Below, piece by piece: positions 29,567-39,307 of a stretch of 62,841 bases of DNA. The position numbers and the translations under genes were made by a program. The notes below the pieces were generated by a model, which was given only the letters and a program-made list of their open reading frames with translations, made no database searches and was not told the DNA's origin. Where the stretch lies: NCBI GenBank assembly GCA_001512665.1, contig LFSF01000038.1, positions 104,793 to 167,633 on the forward strand, written 5' to 3'. Within the stretch, counting starts at the first letter, position 1. The number at the start of each line of letters is the position of its first letter. The stretch is from Clostridiales bacterium DTU073. Its GTDB lineage: Bacteria; Bacillota; Peptococcia; DRI-13; DTU073.

Positions 29567-31113
29567 GATAGTGTCAACTTACTGTAGGAAAAAAGAAAAT
29601 AGATTTTCCCCATAGTTATCACAATCATAGTCCCCGCACAGACTTCATCAACATTGAGGTCCAATTCTTTTTGCCAATGTTTAAAGCCGTTAGATTATCC
29701 AATGTTTCATGGCTAGACTTTAGATGTTTCTTTACAACACGATTATCTAACTTGATGATACGCTTTTCTTGGACCTGTGCTTCCTTGTGCTCCATCATGT
29801 ATTCGCATATATTCCCGCCATTAAAATCGAAGATTCGGAGCCTTGCCATTTGTTCCATCCCGTCTTTTGACCAGCCCTTAGGTCTAGAGCTGAGTCTATC
29901 AGATAGAACATGACTTATGTGACCCTCTGCACTGCAACCAATATTGTATTTGCTCTTTTGACGTTGAATTGCACCCCAATTGTTCAGGATGTATTTCTTG
30001 ACCTTTTGCACTTCTTGGCGTTTATTCTCGTTTTCTGTGGTTCTTATTATAATATCGAGTAGGTCTACAGTTGCCCTTTTCATCCCCTTGTTTATGTAAT
30101 GCCACAGAGGTTCCCGAGCATAATCCATATGAGCTGTAGATATTCTAACACTTTTTGCTAAGTGGAATTTATCAAGGATATATACTGATTTTTCTATCCA
30201 GTTTAAGCCTTCTTTAATCCAGGATGCTCCATCTCCTGAAATTATTACCTTGATGATTGCCTCGCTGTTGTAGGCCTCGTCTATATACCTTGCTACATCT
30301 AACCAAAGTTCTTCACTGCTTTGATTGGCTGCGGTAAAGTAACGGACATTTAAGAGCTTGTTACGGTTCTTAGAAACTGCTTGCTTTCCCTCATGAACAT
30401 AGATCATTTTTACTATGGATGATTTCCCATTTTGTTGGGATACATGGTCTTCATCGGCTTCGATGTAAATTACAGGTACATCCCGCTTGGTATTCTTTAT
30501 TACCACTGCTTCATTAGGAATGGCTCCTAGCTTCCGAATTTCGTTCATAACTGTCGTTTTACTGTTAATGCCGGTGAATGATGCCTGTTCTGCTGCTTGT
30601 TGGTATGAGCTGTGGGTAGCATTTGCTACAAGCAATGCGCCCACATTTAGATCCTTTCTCTGATGGGGTTCTATACCTACTAATTCATCTGATAAAAAAG
30701 CATATTCTTTGGTTTTTTTGTGGGTATAATATGTCCTTCGATAGGTAACAAGACCCATGGTGGTAGCTACTGAGTTGATTTCGTTATTTCGTTCAACATG
30801 CCAACTTTTCTTTCTATCTTTACTTTCTTTTACGGCTTTATCCAGTGTTTCTAAGGCTTCTCCTATCATCGTAGTGCCTGCCCTATGTAGTACCTGCTCC
30901 AAATTTTTGGTAAATTCACTTAGACTTAGCTTGCCTTCTAAGGCCTGCTGCAAATTTTTTTCGTAACCTTTGATGATTAATTCTAGTGATTCCTGTATAA
31001 TGTTCATGAGAGTAGTCCTTTCTTTGTATAGTTTGATTGTGTTTTTGACGACTTAATCATAACATACAGGGACTACTCTCTTTATTTTTTTCCTACAGTA
31101 ATTTTACACTAGC
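29567..31113 (-). mobile_element. Intact ISLre2-family insertion sequence (1547 bp)
   Basis: Terminal IRs GATAGTGTCAACTTACTGTAGGAAAAAA / revcomp GCTAGTGTAAAATTACTGTAGGAAAAAA; 9-bp target duplication TTAAATAAT at 29558-29566 and 31114-31122. Confidence 0.9.
29625..31007 (-). CDS. ISLre2-family (UPF0236) transposase
   Basis: IEADEDHV, GDGASWI, LDKFHL, GCSAEGHISHVLSDRLSSRP.GWS. Confidence 0.92.
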   Translation of the reverse strand: MNIIQESLELIIKGYEKNLQQALEGKLSLSEFTKNLEQVLHRAGTTMIGEALETLDKAVKESKDRKKSWHVERNNEINSVATTMGLVTYRRTYYTHKKTKEYAFLSDELVGIEPHQRKDLNVGALLVANATHSSYQQAAEQASFTGINSKTTVMNEIRKLGAIPNEAVVIKNTKRDVPVIYIEADEDHVSQQNGKSSIVKMIYVHEGKQAVSKNRNKLLNVRYFTAANQSSEELWLDVARYIDEAYNSEAIIKVIISGDGASWIKEGLNWIEKSVYILDKFHLAKSVRISTAHMDYAREPLWHYINKGMKRATVDLLDIIIRTTENENKRQEVQKVKKYILNNWGAIQRQKSKYNIGCSAEGHISHVLSDRLSSRPKGWSKDGMEQMARLRIFDFNGGNICEYMMEHKEAQVQEKRIIKLDNRVVKKHLKSSHETLDNLTALNIGKKNWTSMLMKSVRGL

Positions 31114-31136
31114 TTAAATAATTATTTCTCCCATTC

Positions 31137-31172
31137 AAAAGGCACTTCTTAATAATTATGAAGCGCCTTTTT
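31137..31172. terminator. Terminator-like hairpin
   Basis: AAAAGGCACTTC...GAAGCGCCTTTT imperfect stem with A/T tails. Confidence 0.55.
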
Positions 31173-31261
31173 TACTTATAGCGATTATTTGGTCAATTGG
31201 TTCTAGAAAAAACCATGAAGTATATAAACATGCCTATAAAAGACGTTGATAATCAGTATAC

Positions 31262-31753
31262 TTACTGATTCAATTCTATTTTTTTATTGCGCTTCTTTCT
31301 TATTCTCCAATAAATTACCGCAAGTAGTAGGGAATAAATTATATTAGGCAGTATAAAATAAATAGCTGAGTATAAAAGCCCAATAGACACACCAAACCCA
31401 ATAAAAATAAAACCTACTTGATCAAGAAGAAAAATAATAACTACATATAAAATATTTAGTCCCCAAGCTAAAGGTAAAACAAATAAACTTTCACAATCAT
31501 TATGTAGAAAATATGCAAAAACTATAGCCCCAAAAACAACAAAAAATAGGTAGCATATTACCAGACTGTCACAAACTTGCGCCATTATTATGCTAAACAC
31601 CAGACACATTACACTTAAAATATTTAAAAAAATACATAGTCCAAATTTAGATGGTTCCCTATATATTTCTTCCATGAGAGGAACTTCGCATTCGATACAT
31701 TCTTGCTCACCCTCCTGATATTGACGACTGCATTTTGGACAAAACATAACCAT
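31262..31753 (-). CDS. Hypothetical membrane protein with N-terminal zinc ribbon
   Basis: CPKC...CIEC, then about 4 hydrophobic segments. Confidence 0.7.
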   Translation of the reverse strand: MVMFCPKCSRQYQEGEQECIECEVPLMEEIYREPSKFGLCIFLNILSVMCLVFSIIMAQVCDSLVICYLFFVVFGAIVFAYFLHNDCESLFVLPLAWGLNILYVVIIFLLDQVGFIFIGFGVSIGLLYSAIYFILPNIIYSLLLAVIYWRIRKKRNKKIELNQ

Positions 31754-31768
31754 CCCCCCCTTTATTTT

Positions 31769-34075
31769 TTAATTATCTATCGCTTTAGGATTTCTGTAGT
31801 CGTAAAAGTCTTTGTTAGGCTCATATTTCTCACCATTAAAGGTAAAGGTTACAGTATCCTTTACAGATTCATATAGTGGTTTGAAATCTTTAACCCAACC
31901 TTTTAATAATTCTTGAGGTTGCGATTCGATGTTAAAAACGATGTCCAACAAATGAGAACTTTCTTTGTTTGGCACAAACTTATAGCTATTCTGATAAAAA
32001 TTATAATTAGGCTTGCCCAGATTAGATTTACCAAGTCCATCATAATCTTCCCAATATAATCCTTCATCAAAAATACATAAAAACTGATTCTCTTGATACT
32101 GATAGATTTTCATATCCTTGTAATAAGGACCGAAAGCAGGCGAACCAAAACCTTCATCTCTGATTAATATTTCTTGTCCACCGTCTGTATCAATATCAAT
32201 TAATTCGCAACTCACTTTATAGTTCTCACAATTAAATACTAACTTGTAGTCTTTTTTATTATTTTCAAAATCTGTCTTTTCCTCTAATACGGCAACCAGA
32301 TGAGTACCATATTGTTCGTCAAGATTACAATAAATAATGCCATGGATTAAATAAGCCTTTTTAAATTTTCCATTTGAAAAAATATCCAGAGGCTTAACAT
32401 CTTCGATCGTCATTCTGTTGATTAAAACATAAGGGTGATCCTTCTCTTGATTGGTAAAGAGATTAGCCAATAAATTCTTTAAAGTATCAGTCTCTAAGTT
32501 AGGTATATGCTCATAATCAATTTTAGTATAATTTTTAGTGTATTTTTTCGTGTTGGTTTTCTCCGGCTGTTTATAATTATAAACTTCTTTATTGGGTACA
32601 TATTCGCTACCATTAAAAGAAAAAACTACTGTGTCTTTTACCGGTTCATAAAATAAATCATAACCTTCTTTTTCCCATTTTCCCCACAATTCCGGAGGTT
32701 GGGTTTCAATCTTGAACACGAGGTCCAATAAATGAGGATTTTCTTTATTCGGCACAAACTCATAGCTATTTTTATACGTATAGGGAGTCGTAATCCCATG
32801 AATGTCGGTATAATCGGGTTCTATAAAATAGACGAGCTCATCCCCAAATAAACTTTGCTCAAAGATAAGTGAATATTCATCTTTCTTATTTTGATATCTA
32901 TAGATGCGCATATTTTGATCATGTTTTTCTTGCGAATAGGAAAAGACAGTTTGTCTTTTAACTACTACTTCCGGTATACCGTCTGCATCAATGTCAATAA
33001 ATTCATAAATATTATCCTCCTTTTTTTGACTTAAACATCCCAACAACTTGACAAACTTGCAAAAAGGCCGATCATCACCGTAACATTCTGTGCATTTTTT
33101 GTTTTCATCGAAAAAGATGGTGATTGTATTTTCTTTTTGCTCATCTTCCGTATTCTCAGGCAGTAACTCTTTATATGCTATTTGGACGAAATAACCATTT
33201 GACCCCTCAGGTAATAAATTAGCCAATTGTTCAATTTCTTCTAATGTCAGACCTTCCCCATTAGTTTTTTTAAGGAAAACCCGCAAGCGATCCTGATAAT
33301 ATAAAGTAGCATAATGACTGCCTTTTAAATCCAACAGATAGGGTAAGTTAGACTTGCTTAAAATCTCGTTAAATTGGTTAACCACCGCACTTTCCTCACT
33401 AGAAGCATAAATCTTTAGAAAATCTGTTCTCCCTATTTTGTCCTCCAAACCTTGTGCTTTAGGGTCATTCTTGAACTTTAAAACAGTTTCCCCTGCCCCG
33501 TGTTTAATTACAATTCGCCCCTCCTGTTTTTTAGGTAATAAATTCAAAAGCTGTTCCACTTCATCTACAGTAAGATTCCCCTCATTAGTTTTCTCTAAAT
33601 ATAAGCGCAAATAATTATATTTATTGCGACGTTCATAATACAAAGTATCATAATGACTATTTTCTAAATCCAAAGAAAAAGGTAATTTTGATTCCATTAA
33701 ATCCTGATTAGCTTGAGTAACCTTTGGGCTTTCATGAGTAGCCGCATATTTTTGAGCATTTTTCTCCCCTATCTCACTTTTTAAATCCATTACGTATGGA
33801 TATAGACAAGCTGTTACTAAAATTAACACCAATGCTAACGCAACAATCCGCCCATTCTTAATAAACCTCTTTCCTATAAAAAGATAGATTGCCACACCGG
33901 CTACCGTTGCTATTCCGATAAATATTGCCAACGGTATATTAGGAGAAAAAAGGTCAAGCATAAAAATACTGAAACCATAAAGATAAATACTAAAAGCAAA
34001 AAAGGCAAAAGAACACAAAACCCCAATAACAACGGCTAAAAGCAAGTATAAGATAATTCCCAACTTTCTCTTCAA
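31769..34075 (-). CDS. Large membrane-anchored hypothetical protein with two pairs of internal repeats
   Basis: 768-aa ORF; 3 N-terminal TM segments; duplicated domains; DxDxDG motifs. Confidence 0.8.
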   Translation of the reverse strand: MKRKLGIILYLLLAVVIGVLCSFAFFAFSIYLYGFSIFMLDLFSPNIPLAIFIGIATVAGVAIYLFIGKRFIKNGRIVALALVLILVTACLYPYVMDLKSEIGEKNAQKYAATHESPKVTQANQDLMESKLPFSLDLENSHYDTLYYERRNKYNYLRLYLEKTNEGNLTVDEVEQLLNLLPKKQEGRIVIKHGAGETVLKFKNDPKAQGLEDKIGRTDFLKIYASSEESAVVNQFNEILSKSNLPYLLDLKGSHYATLYYQDRLRVFLKKTNGEGLTLEEIEQLANLLPEGSNGYFVQIAYKELLPENTEDEQKENTITIFFDENKKCTECYGDDRPFCKFVKLLGCLSQKKEDNIYEFIDIDADGIPEVVVKRQTVFSYSQEKHDQNMRIYRYQNKKDEYSLIFEQSLFGDELVYFIEPDYTDIHGITTPYTYKNSYEFVPNKENPHLLDLVFKIETQPPELWGKWEKEGYDLFYEPVKDTVVFSFNGSEYVPNKEVYNYKQPEKTNTKKYTKNYTKIDYEHIPNLETDTLKNLLANLFTNQEKDHPYVLINRMTIEDVKPLDIFSNGKFKKAYLIHGIIYCNLDEQYGTHLVAVLEEKTDFENNKKDYKLVFNCENYKVSCELIDIDTDGGQEILIRDEGFGSPAFGPYYKDMKIYQYQENQFLCIFDEGLYWEDYDGLGKSNLGKPNYNFYQNSYKFVPNKESSHLLDIVFNIESQPQELLKGWVKDFKPLYESVKDTVTFTFNGEKYEPNKDFYDYRNPKAIDN

Positions 34076-34299
34076 GGATACCCCTCCCCTCTCAAAGTAT
34101 TTGTTCTAATATTTCAATTTCTAACAATATTATACTGTATCCTGACAAATACTTCAATTGCCGACATTTTTTTGCAAGCAAAAGGTGCTTCGCATAAAAC
34201 GAAGCACCTTTTCGAGGAAACGTACCCCTTCCCCAGTCCATGAAAAGATGCTGTACCGTTTCTCCGTTTCTTTCCCTCACTTATACTATTTTAGACTAG

Positions 34300-34350
34300 T
34301 GTATTTGTCAAGTGAAAAGTACCCCACATTTTAATTGAAAAGTACCCCAC
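34300..34350 (+). mobile_element. Orphan IS21-like terminal end
   Basis: Begins TGTATTTGTCAAG; two copies of TGAAAAGTACCCCAC (34313-34327, 34336-34350); no transposase follows. Confidence 0.6.
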
Positions 34351-34365
34351 TTTGGGACAAAAAAA

Positions 34366-34944
34366 TTAATTATTTTTTGCCCATTCAGTTAAAACAACTA
34401 AAGTTTTCGGTGGCACTTTCTGCAAAAACAACTCAAGGTTGGTATGACTAAAAAATGTTCCTGTGGGATTATTAGGATTACATAAGAATACCATTTTTAC
34501 GCCGGGATGAATATAAGCAGCTATTTCCTCCAATTTAAATATTAATTCCTTTTGCGGGACAAACGTTACCTTGCCACCGACAATGGTTACCGAAGAAGTA
34601 TAGGAACTAAAAGTAGGTGAGGGGACAACTACCTCCTCTCCCGGGTCTAAAAAAGCAATAGCTAACATTTGTATAACCTCATCTGCCCCATTACCCAGGC
34701 AGAAGCTTTCCACAGGCAATGCCCAAAGTTTACCAAGGGTCTTTTTTAATGCTTGAGCCGCCCCATCGGGATATAGCCGTAACTGAGTTAAACCTTCTTG
34801 TAACGCTTCTTCTACTATCGGCGACGGTCCCCACAGGCTTTCATTAGCAGATAGCTTAATTATTTTTTTGCCAACCTTTTGTTCTAACTGTTCTATGGTC
34901 ATCCCCGGATCATAGGGGATTAAACCTTGAATACTACTCCGCAT
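34366..34944 (-). pseudogene. hisC: 3'-truncated hisC paralogue
   Basis: Colinear with 27660-28733 up to ...LVVL, then diverges before DEAY; lacks the PLP-binding Lys (RTFSK). Confidence 0.85.
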
Positions 34945-35042
34945 CTGTAACCGTCCTCCATTTTAACTTTTGCAACCATTGCATACCGGTTAATCTCTTC
35001 ATCCTTTTTAACCTCATGAATGCTAAATAAATTGCTTTATGC

Positions 35043-35486
35043 TTAGTGTTTTTCACTCTTTTCCTTTTCCATTCTTACCTTAAACCACTTTAAATGCTCA
35101 TGATCTTCATTCATAATTTGTCTAATTATTACTTGACTGTCTCGGTCCAATTGGTTCAAACGTTCTTCATAAGCATGAATTCCTTTGTCCTCACCATCAT
35201 ATACTTGTTCTAACAATTGATGGGGTCCTCGGATAGAATTAATAACCGACATTATATCAGCCATCATTCCTGGAAAACCTGTCGTAACCTCTGGGTCTCC
35301 ACCTAATTCTCTAATTCTTTCAGATAACATTTCGGCATGTTTCTTATGGTCAGATTCAAAGGTATTTAACATGTTTGCCACTTGTGTATCCTGTTGCAAT
35401 TTCTTGGTTCTGTCATAAACTTGAATAGCCATACGTTCGCCCTTTAGCAATTCATTTAGTTTTTCAATCGTTTGTTGTTCTACCAT
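35043..35486 (-). CDS. Ferritin-like domain protein (DUF2383-like)
   Basis: LNELLKGERMA, DHKKH..L..RIRELGG, GEDKG and DHEH di-iron-type motifs. Confidence 0.8.
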   Translation of the reverse strand: MVEQQTIEKLNELLKGERMAIQVYDRTKKLQQDTQVANMLNTFESDHKKHAEMLSERIRELGGDPEVTTGFPGMMADIMSVINSIRGPHQLLEQVYDGEDKGIHAYEERLNQLDRDSQVIIRQIMNEDHEHLKWFKVRMEKEKSEKH

Positions 35487-35569
35487 CTGTGCAGCTCCTT
35501 ATTGGTAATATTACTATTGCTTATATTATTACCATTTGTTTACCTATAAAATCAACTTCGTCAGTCTGG

Positions 35570-37633
35570 CTAAATTGTATACCCAAATTTCTCCGTAATA
35601 CTAATAACTTTTCCGTTCTGCACTTCAATAAAGTAAGGTATCGTCTGTTGCGAAAGTGGAAAATCATTTAATTTCCCCAAGTGTTTTAAGAATTCAGCTT
35701 TTTGGGTTGTAGTATAGAGTCTGTCACTATCAGATTCTTTTACAAAATAAAGGTCCATATCGGTAAAAATATATTTGACCTCGCCTGTCAGTTCAAAGAC
35801 CGTCTCTTCTTTGTTTTCGTTAATAATTATATAGCCACTTGGCATATCAATGTCCTTTAAACCAAGCTCTGATACCCTTTCTTTGTCTTCCCGTCTCACA
35901 ATTTCAACCTGATCAAAATAGAGAGTATCACCTGCAATGACAATATGCCCTGCTAGTGATTGCGGTTTAGTTTCAGGATGTTCATCAAGCTCTCCTATAC
36001 AGACAGTTTCGGAAGTAGTGTTATAAAAATACAGCATTTTCCCGGTTATATAAATATAGGGTGAATAGGCCTTATCCGATGTTTTAAAAACAACATCACC
36101 CTTCCTGTCAAACACCATGAGCCGGTATTTGGAAGGGGGAGTTTCTTTAAAAGTACAAACCAGATATTCTTCATTATCTCCGCAGAGCTTCATCCCATCA
36201 AGTTCGGCGCCGGAGTTCAAGTTTTCTCCTTTCAGGTTATAGAGGTTCTGATCCAGCCCGTCCTGCCAATAGACATTACCGTTTAATACCGAAAACCTTC
36301 CTATTTTATTTGGCGCCTTTGCCAACTCTTTAAGTAATTCCTCGGTACCGTCACGCAAGGAATAGCGATAAATACCGCCTTCACTTGCATAATAGAGGTG
36401 CTCCCCTTCGATTTGAAAGGCTGTTACCTCCCTTTCACTAATGCGCACGGTTTCATTGGTATTGATGTTCACTTTATATATCCCGGTAGTATATATCCCG
36501 GTGGTGCTTGTGTTTTCAGCCTCAGCCATGATATCAAAGCCCAGGATATAAAGGTCATCACCGACTAAATATACATCCTTTGAAGAACCGCCTCCTCTGC
36601 TCTGATCTTCTCTCACTCTCCAAGCCCAGCCGTAAAGCAGGTCCTGATTCCCCAGGGGATGCCATTCAACATCTTTACCTTGAATAAAAAGATTTCCGGG
36701 ACCAGGAGCTGGCCCCGCCCAATATTTAATGCTTATGTCCCCAAAATTTTTGATATTATATCTGGTGTCATTGAGCAGAGTGGTGGTACCATCATCATTA
36801 AGCCTGATCAGATAATCGGTTCCCATGATAGCTCCGCCCTGGTGGTAGGCTAAAAACATCTGGCCGTCTTCAGCGTAAAGGCTGGCATAAACAAAGGTTT
36901 TCCCGTCCACATCCTGCCACCCGTAGATCAATGCCGGAAGCTGATATACTGCTTTTGTCCTGGAAGTGTCGGCTAATGGGGCCTGAATAATCTGCCCCAT
37001 AGTATCTTCGTAATAAACAAAAGTATTGGTAACTGCCACATTGTTTTTCAGGGTGCCGTCAGCATTTCTGGCCCGGTTTGTTGGCAGATTTTTCTGTATC
37101 ATCTTAATATTATCCGAATCGATCACCAAGCCGTTTTGGCCGTCAAAGGAATAATCCCAGCGAAATTCATTGACACCGAAATTCCAGGTCATGGGGAAAT
37201 AGGTGATCTCACGAAAAGCAAGCAAAGGGTATTCTTCCTTTTGATTATCAACAGCTTTTCCATTGACCATAATAGGAAAGCCAGGTATTACCGCTGTTTG
37301 ATAGCGCTTATTTTTAACTGATGATCGGTATGGTTGATAGGCGACAGTTACATCGGTGGCTTCTATAAACAGACCTTCCGTGTTTCCCCGCCAGTATGAT
37401 TCCAGACCTAGAAACCGGCAGTCATGATAAGTCATGGGAAAATAGGTAATGCCCTTATAAACGAGCAAAGGATATTTACTATAGCTGTTATTAACCTCTT
37501 CCCCATTGAGTGTTACCTTAAACTCAGGCAGCGTCACACTCACTTTATTTCCGGTCTGGGACCCATAAGCCGCCGCTAGTATTGTCATTACTAATACCAA
37601 AATTAAAACCAAATAGGGCAATCTTCTTTTCAT
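35570..37633 (-). CDS. Secreted/surface hypothetical protein with duplicated N-terminal domain and probable beta-propeller
   Basis: Signal peptide; NG..V.N...YPLL...ITYFPMT occurs twice; aromatic/Gly-rich short beta repeats; looks more GC-rich than its neighbours. Confidence 0.75.
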   Translation of the reverse strand: MKRRLPYLVLILVLVMTILAAAYGSQTGNKVSVTLPEFKVTLNGEEVNNSYSKYPLLVYKGITYFPMTYHDCRFLGLESYWRGNTEGLFIEATDVTVAYQPYRSSVKNKRYQTAVIPGFPIMVNGKAVDNQKEEYPLLAFREITYFPMTWNFGVNEFRWDYSFDGQNGLVIDSDNIKMIQKNLPTNRARNADGTLKNNVAVTNTFVYYEDTMGQIIQAPLADTSRTKAVYQLPALIYGWQDVDGKTFVYASLYAEDGQMFLAYHQGGAIMGTDYLIRLNDDGTTTLLNDTRYNIKNFGDISIKYWAGPAPGPGNLFIQGKDVEWHPLGNQDLLYGWAWRVREDQSRGGGSSKDVYLVGDDLYILGFDIMAEAENTSTTGIYTTGIYKVNINTNETVRISEREVTAFQIEGEHLYYASEGGIYRYSLRDGTEELLKELAKAPNKIGRFSVLNGNVYWQDGLDQNLYNLKGENLNSGAELDGMKLCGDNEEYLVCTFKETPPSKYRLMVFDRKGDVVFKTSDKAYSPYIYITGKMLYFYNTTSETVCIGELDEHPETKPQSLAGHIVIAGDTLYFDQVEIVRREDKERVSELGLKDIDMPSGYIIINENKEETVFELTGEVKYIFTDMDLYFVKESDSDRLYTTTQKAEFLKHLGKLNDFPLSQQTIPYFIEVQNGKVISITEKFGYTI

Positions 37634-37691
37634 CTCTCAAATTCCGCCTTTCATGGTTGTTTTTGCAAACCCTGCATTATAATATAAATGC

Positions 37692-38240
37692 TTATTTAAC
37701 AAGCTTGGACATTTCCTTAAACAAAGGAGTTCCTGCTTGCTTTAAGATATCAAATACTACAGTTTCGGTATTAGTCACCACTGCTCCCATTGCTGACATT
37801 AGTGCTAGACCGTTTTGGTAATTTTCCTTAGTGCGTGAGCAGACAGCATCGCCTAAGACAAATACTTGGTAGCCATCAGCTAATAAATCTCTTGTGGTTT
37901 GCAGGACACAAACGTGAGTTTCCATTCCTGCAATTATGACCTTCTTTTTTCCCAGTTTCTTTAAGACATTTTTCACATCATCAGTGTAGCCGGTATAGGT
38001 TATCTTTTCATATACTGCTATATCTCCTAAATTGTCACTAACTTCTGAAACGGTTTTTCCCAGCCCTTTAGGATATTGTTCCGTAACAATTAAAGGAATG
38101 TTTAGTTTGTTACAAAGAGTTAATAAAATGTTGGTATTATGAATTACTGTTTGTCCCTCCAGCATTGCCGGTACTATTCGCTCCTGAATATCAACTACCA
38201 TAAATACTGTTTCATCCTCTGTTAAAATAAACTTATCCAT
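37692..38240 (-). CDS. Isochorismatase-family hydrolase
   Basis: VVDIQER, TEQYPKGLGKTV, GMETHVCVLQT. Confidence 0.9.
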   Translation of the reverse strand: MDKFILTEDETVFMVVDIQERIVPAMLEGQTVIHNTNILLTLCNKLNIPLIVTEQYPKGLGKTVSEVSDNLGDIAVYEKITYTGYTDDVKNVLKKLGKKKVIIAGMETHVCVLQTTRDLLADGYQVFVLGDAVCSRTKENYQNGLALMSAMGAVVTNTETVVFDILKQAGTPLFKEMSKLVK

Positions 38241-38383
38241 ATGACTACTATCACTCCTTTGTATTATTTATCCTGCAGCATCTATATTATATACTTTTCT
38301 CATTACTTATATCGAGGAAAATACCTCTGTTTTTATTCTATATTACTTTGTTAAATTTTTCAAATTATATGATAATTTATCAT

Positions 38384-38417
38384 ATAAAACGCTTCGTAGT
38401 AGTGCGAAGCGTTTTAT
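38384..38417. terminator. Terminator hairpin after the polysaccharide deacetylase
   Basis: 13-bp perfect stem ATAAAACGCTTCG/CGAAGCGTTTTAT. Confidence 0.7.
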
Positions 38418-38453
38418 GGGTTGCATATTGATTTTTAGAGATACCAAAAGCTC

Positions 38454-39245
38454 CTAAATTTCCTCCTTCTTCACCTTCTTCTGAAATCCGTTATTATCGA
38501 TATAATAATTATCTTTATAAATCAGCTCAGAAATAGGTACAACTTTATAACCTTCTTCTTTAAAGTAAACCAATAACCGTTTTAAAGCCTCGGGGGTGTT
38601 CTCTCCATCATTGTGGAAAAGAACAATCGCTCCCGGATGTATTCTTTTGGTAATCCGCTGATACATGGCATCAGCTGAAAGATTCTGCCAATCCAAGGAA
38701 TCAACACTCCACTGGATTGTAACTAAATTCAGATCCGTTGCTGTATTGATAACCAGATTATTGTAGGCGCCGAATGGAGGACGAAAGAGAATCGGTTTTT
38801 GTCCGGTAATCTCGGTCACCATCTGCGCATTGTCTAAAAGCTCCTGTTTGATTTTTTCTTCGTCCAAATCAGTTAACTTAGGGTGATTGGCGGTATGTAA
38901 ACCAATTTCATGTCCCCTCTCACTTATTTCCTGCGCAAGCTCCGGATATTGTTTAAGCCAAATATTCGTTAGAAAAAAGGTCGTCTTAACTTGATGGTCA
39001 TCAAGAATTTGCAGAATCTGCGGTGTACGCGTGTTTCCCCAGGTTGCATCAAATGAAAGGGCTATTTTCTTTTCCTGTGTATCAACAGCATAAATGGGTA
39101 CTAACCTTACACCGGAGATAACGCTGACTACCTCTACAGCCATATTTTTTAAGGGAATTGGAAAGATTGTCAGGATGGCAGTGACTATAACCATAATTAG
39201 AAGGAAACGCGACAATTTATTCTTTGAAAGAAAGATTACAGAAAT
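38454..39245 (-). CDS. Polysaccharide deacetylase, PdaB-like (sporulation); start uncertain, probably ATT
   Basis: ALSFDATWG, HEIGLHTANH, FRPPFG, WSVDSLDW and LFHN motifs; N-terminal TM. Confidence 0.85.
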   Translation of the reverse strand: MSVIFLSKNKLSRFLLIMVIVTAILTIFPIPLKNMAVEVVSVISGVRLVPIYAVDTQEKKIALSFDATWGNTRTPQILQILDDHQVKTTFFLTNIWLKQYPELAQEISERGHEIGLHTANHPKLTDLDEEKIKQELLDNAQMVTEITGQKPILFRPPFGAYNNLVINTATDLNLVTIQWSVDSLDWQNLSADAMYQRITKRIHPGAIVLFHNDGENTPEALKRLLVYFKEEGYKVVPISELIYKDNYYIDNNGFQKKVKKEEI

Positions 39246-39307
39246 AATAATCTCCTCCCCTATTCTTAGTTTATTAATGTTTATTCGTAAAGGGGAAAAG
39301 ATATTAT

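Noticed and set aside
34092..34280. 62-aa ORF, hairpin AAAGGTGCTTCG/CGAAGCACCTTT (34181-34211) and purine-skewed sequence weakly similar to 28776-28800
   Set aside because: The ORF has no recognisable features and crosses the hairpin; the similarity between the two island edges is too short to call att or REP sites.
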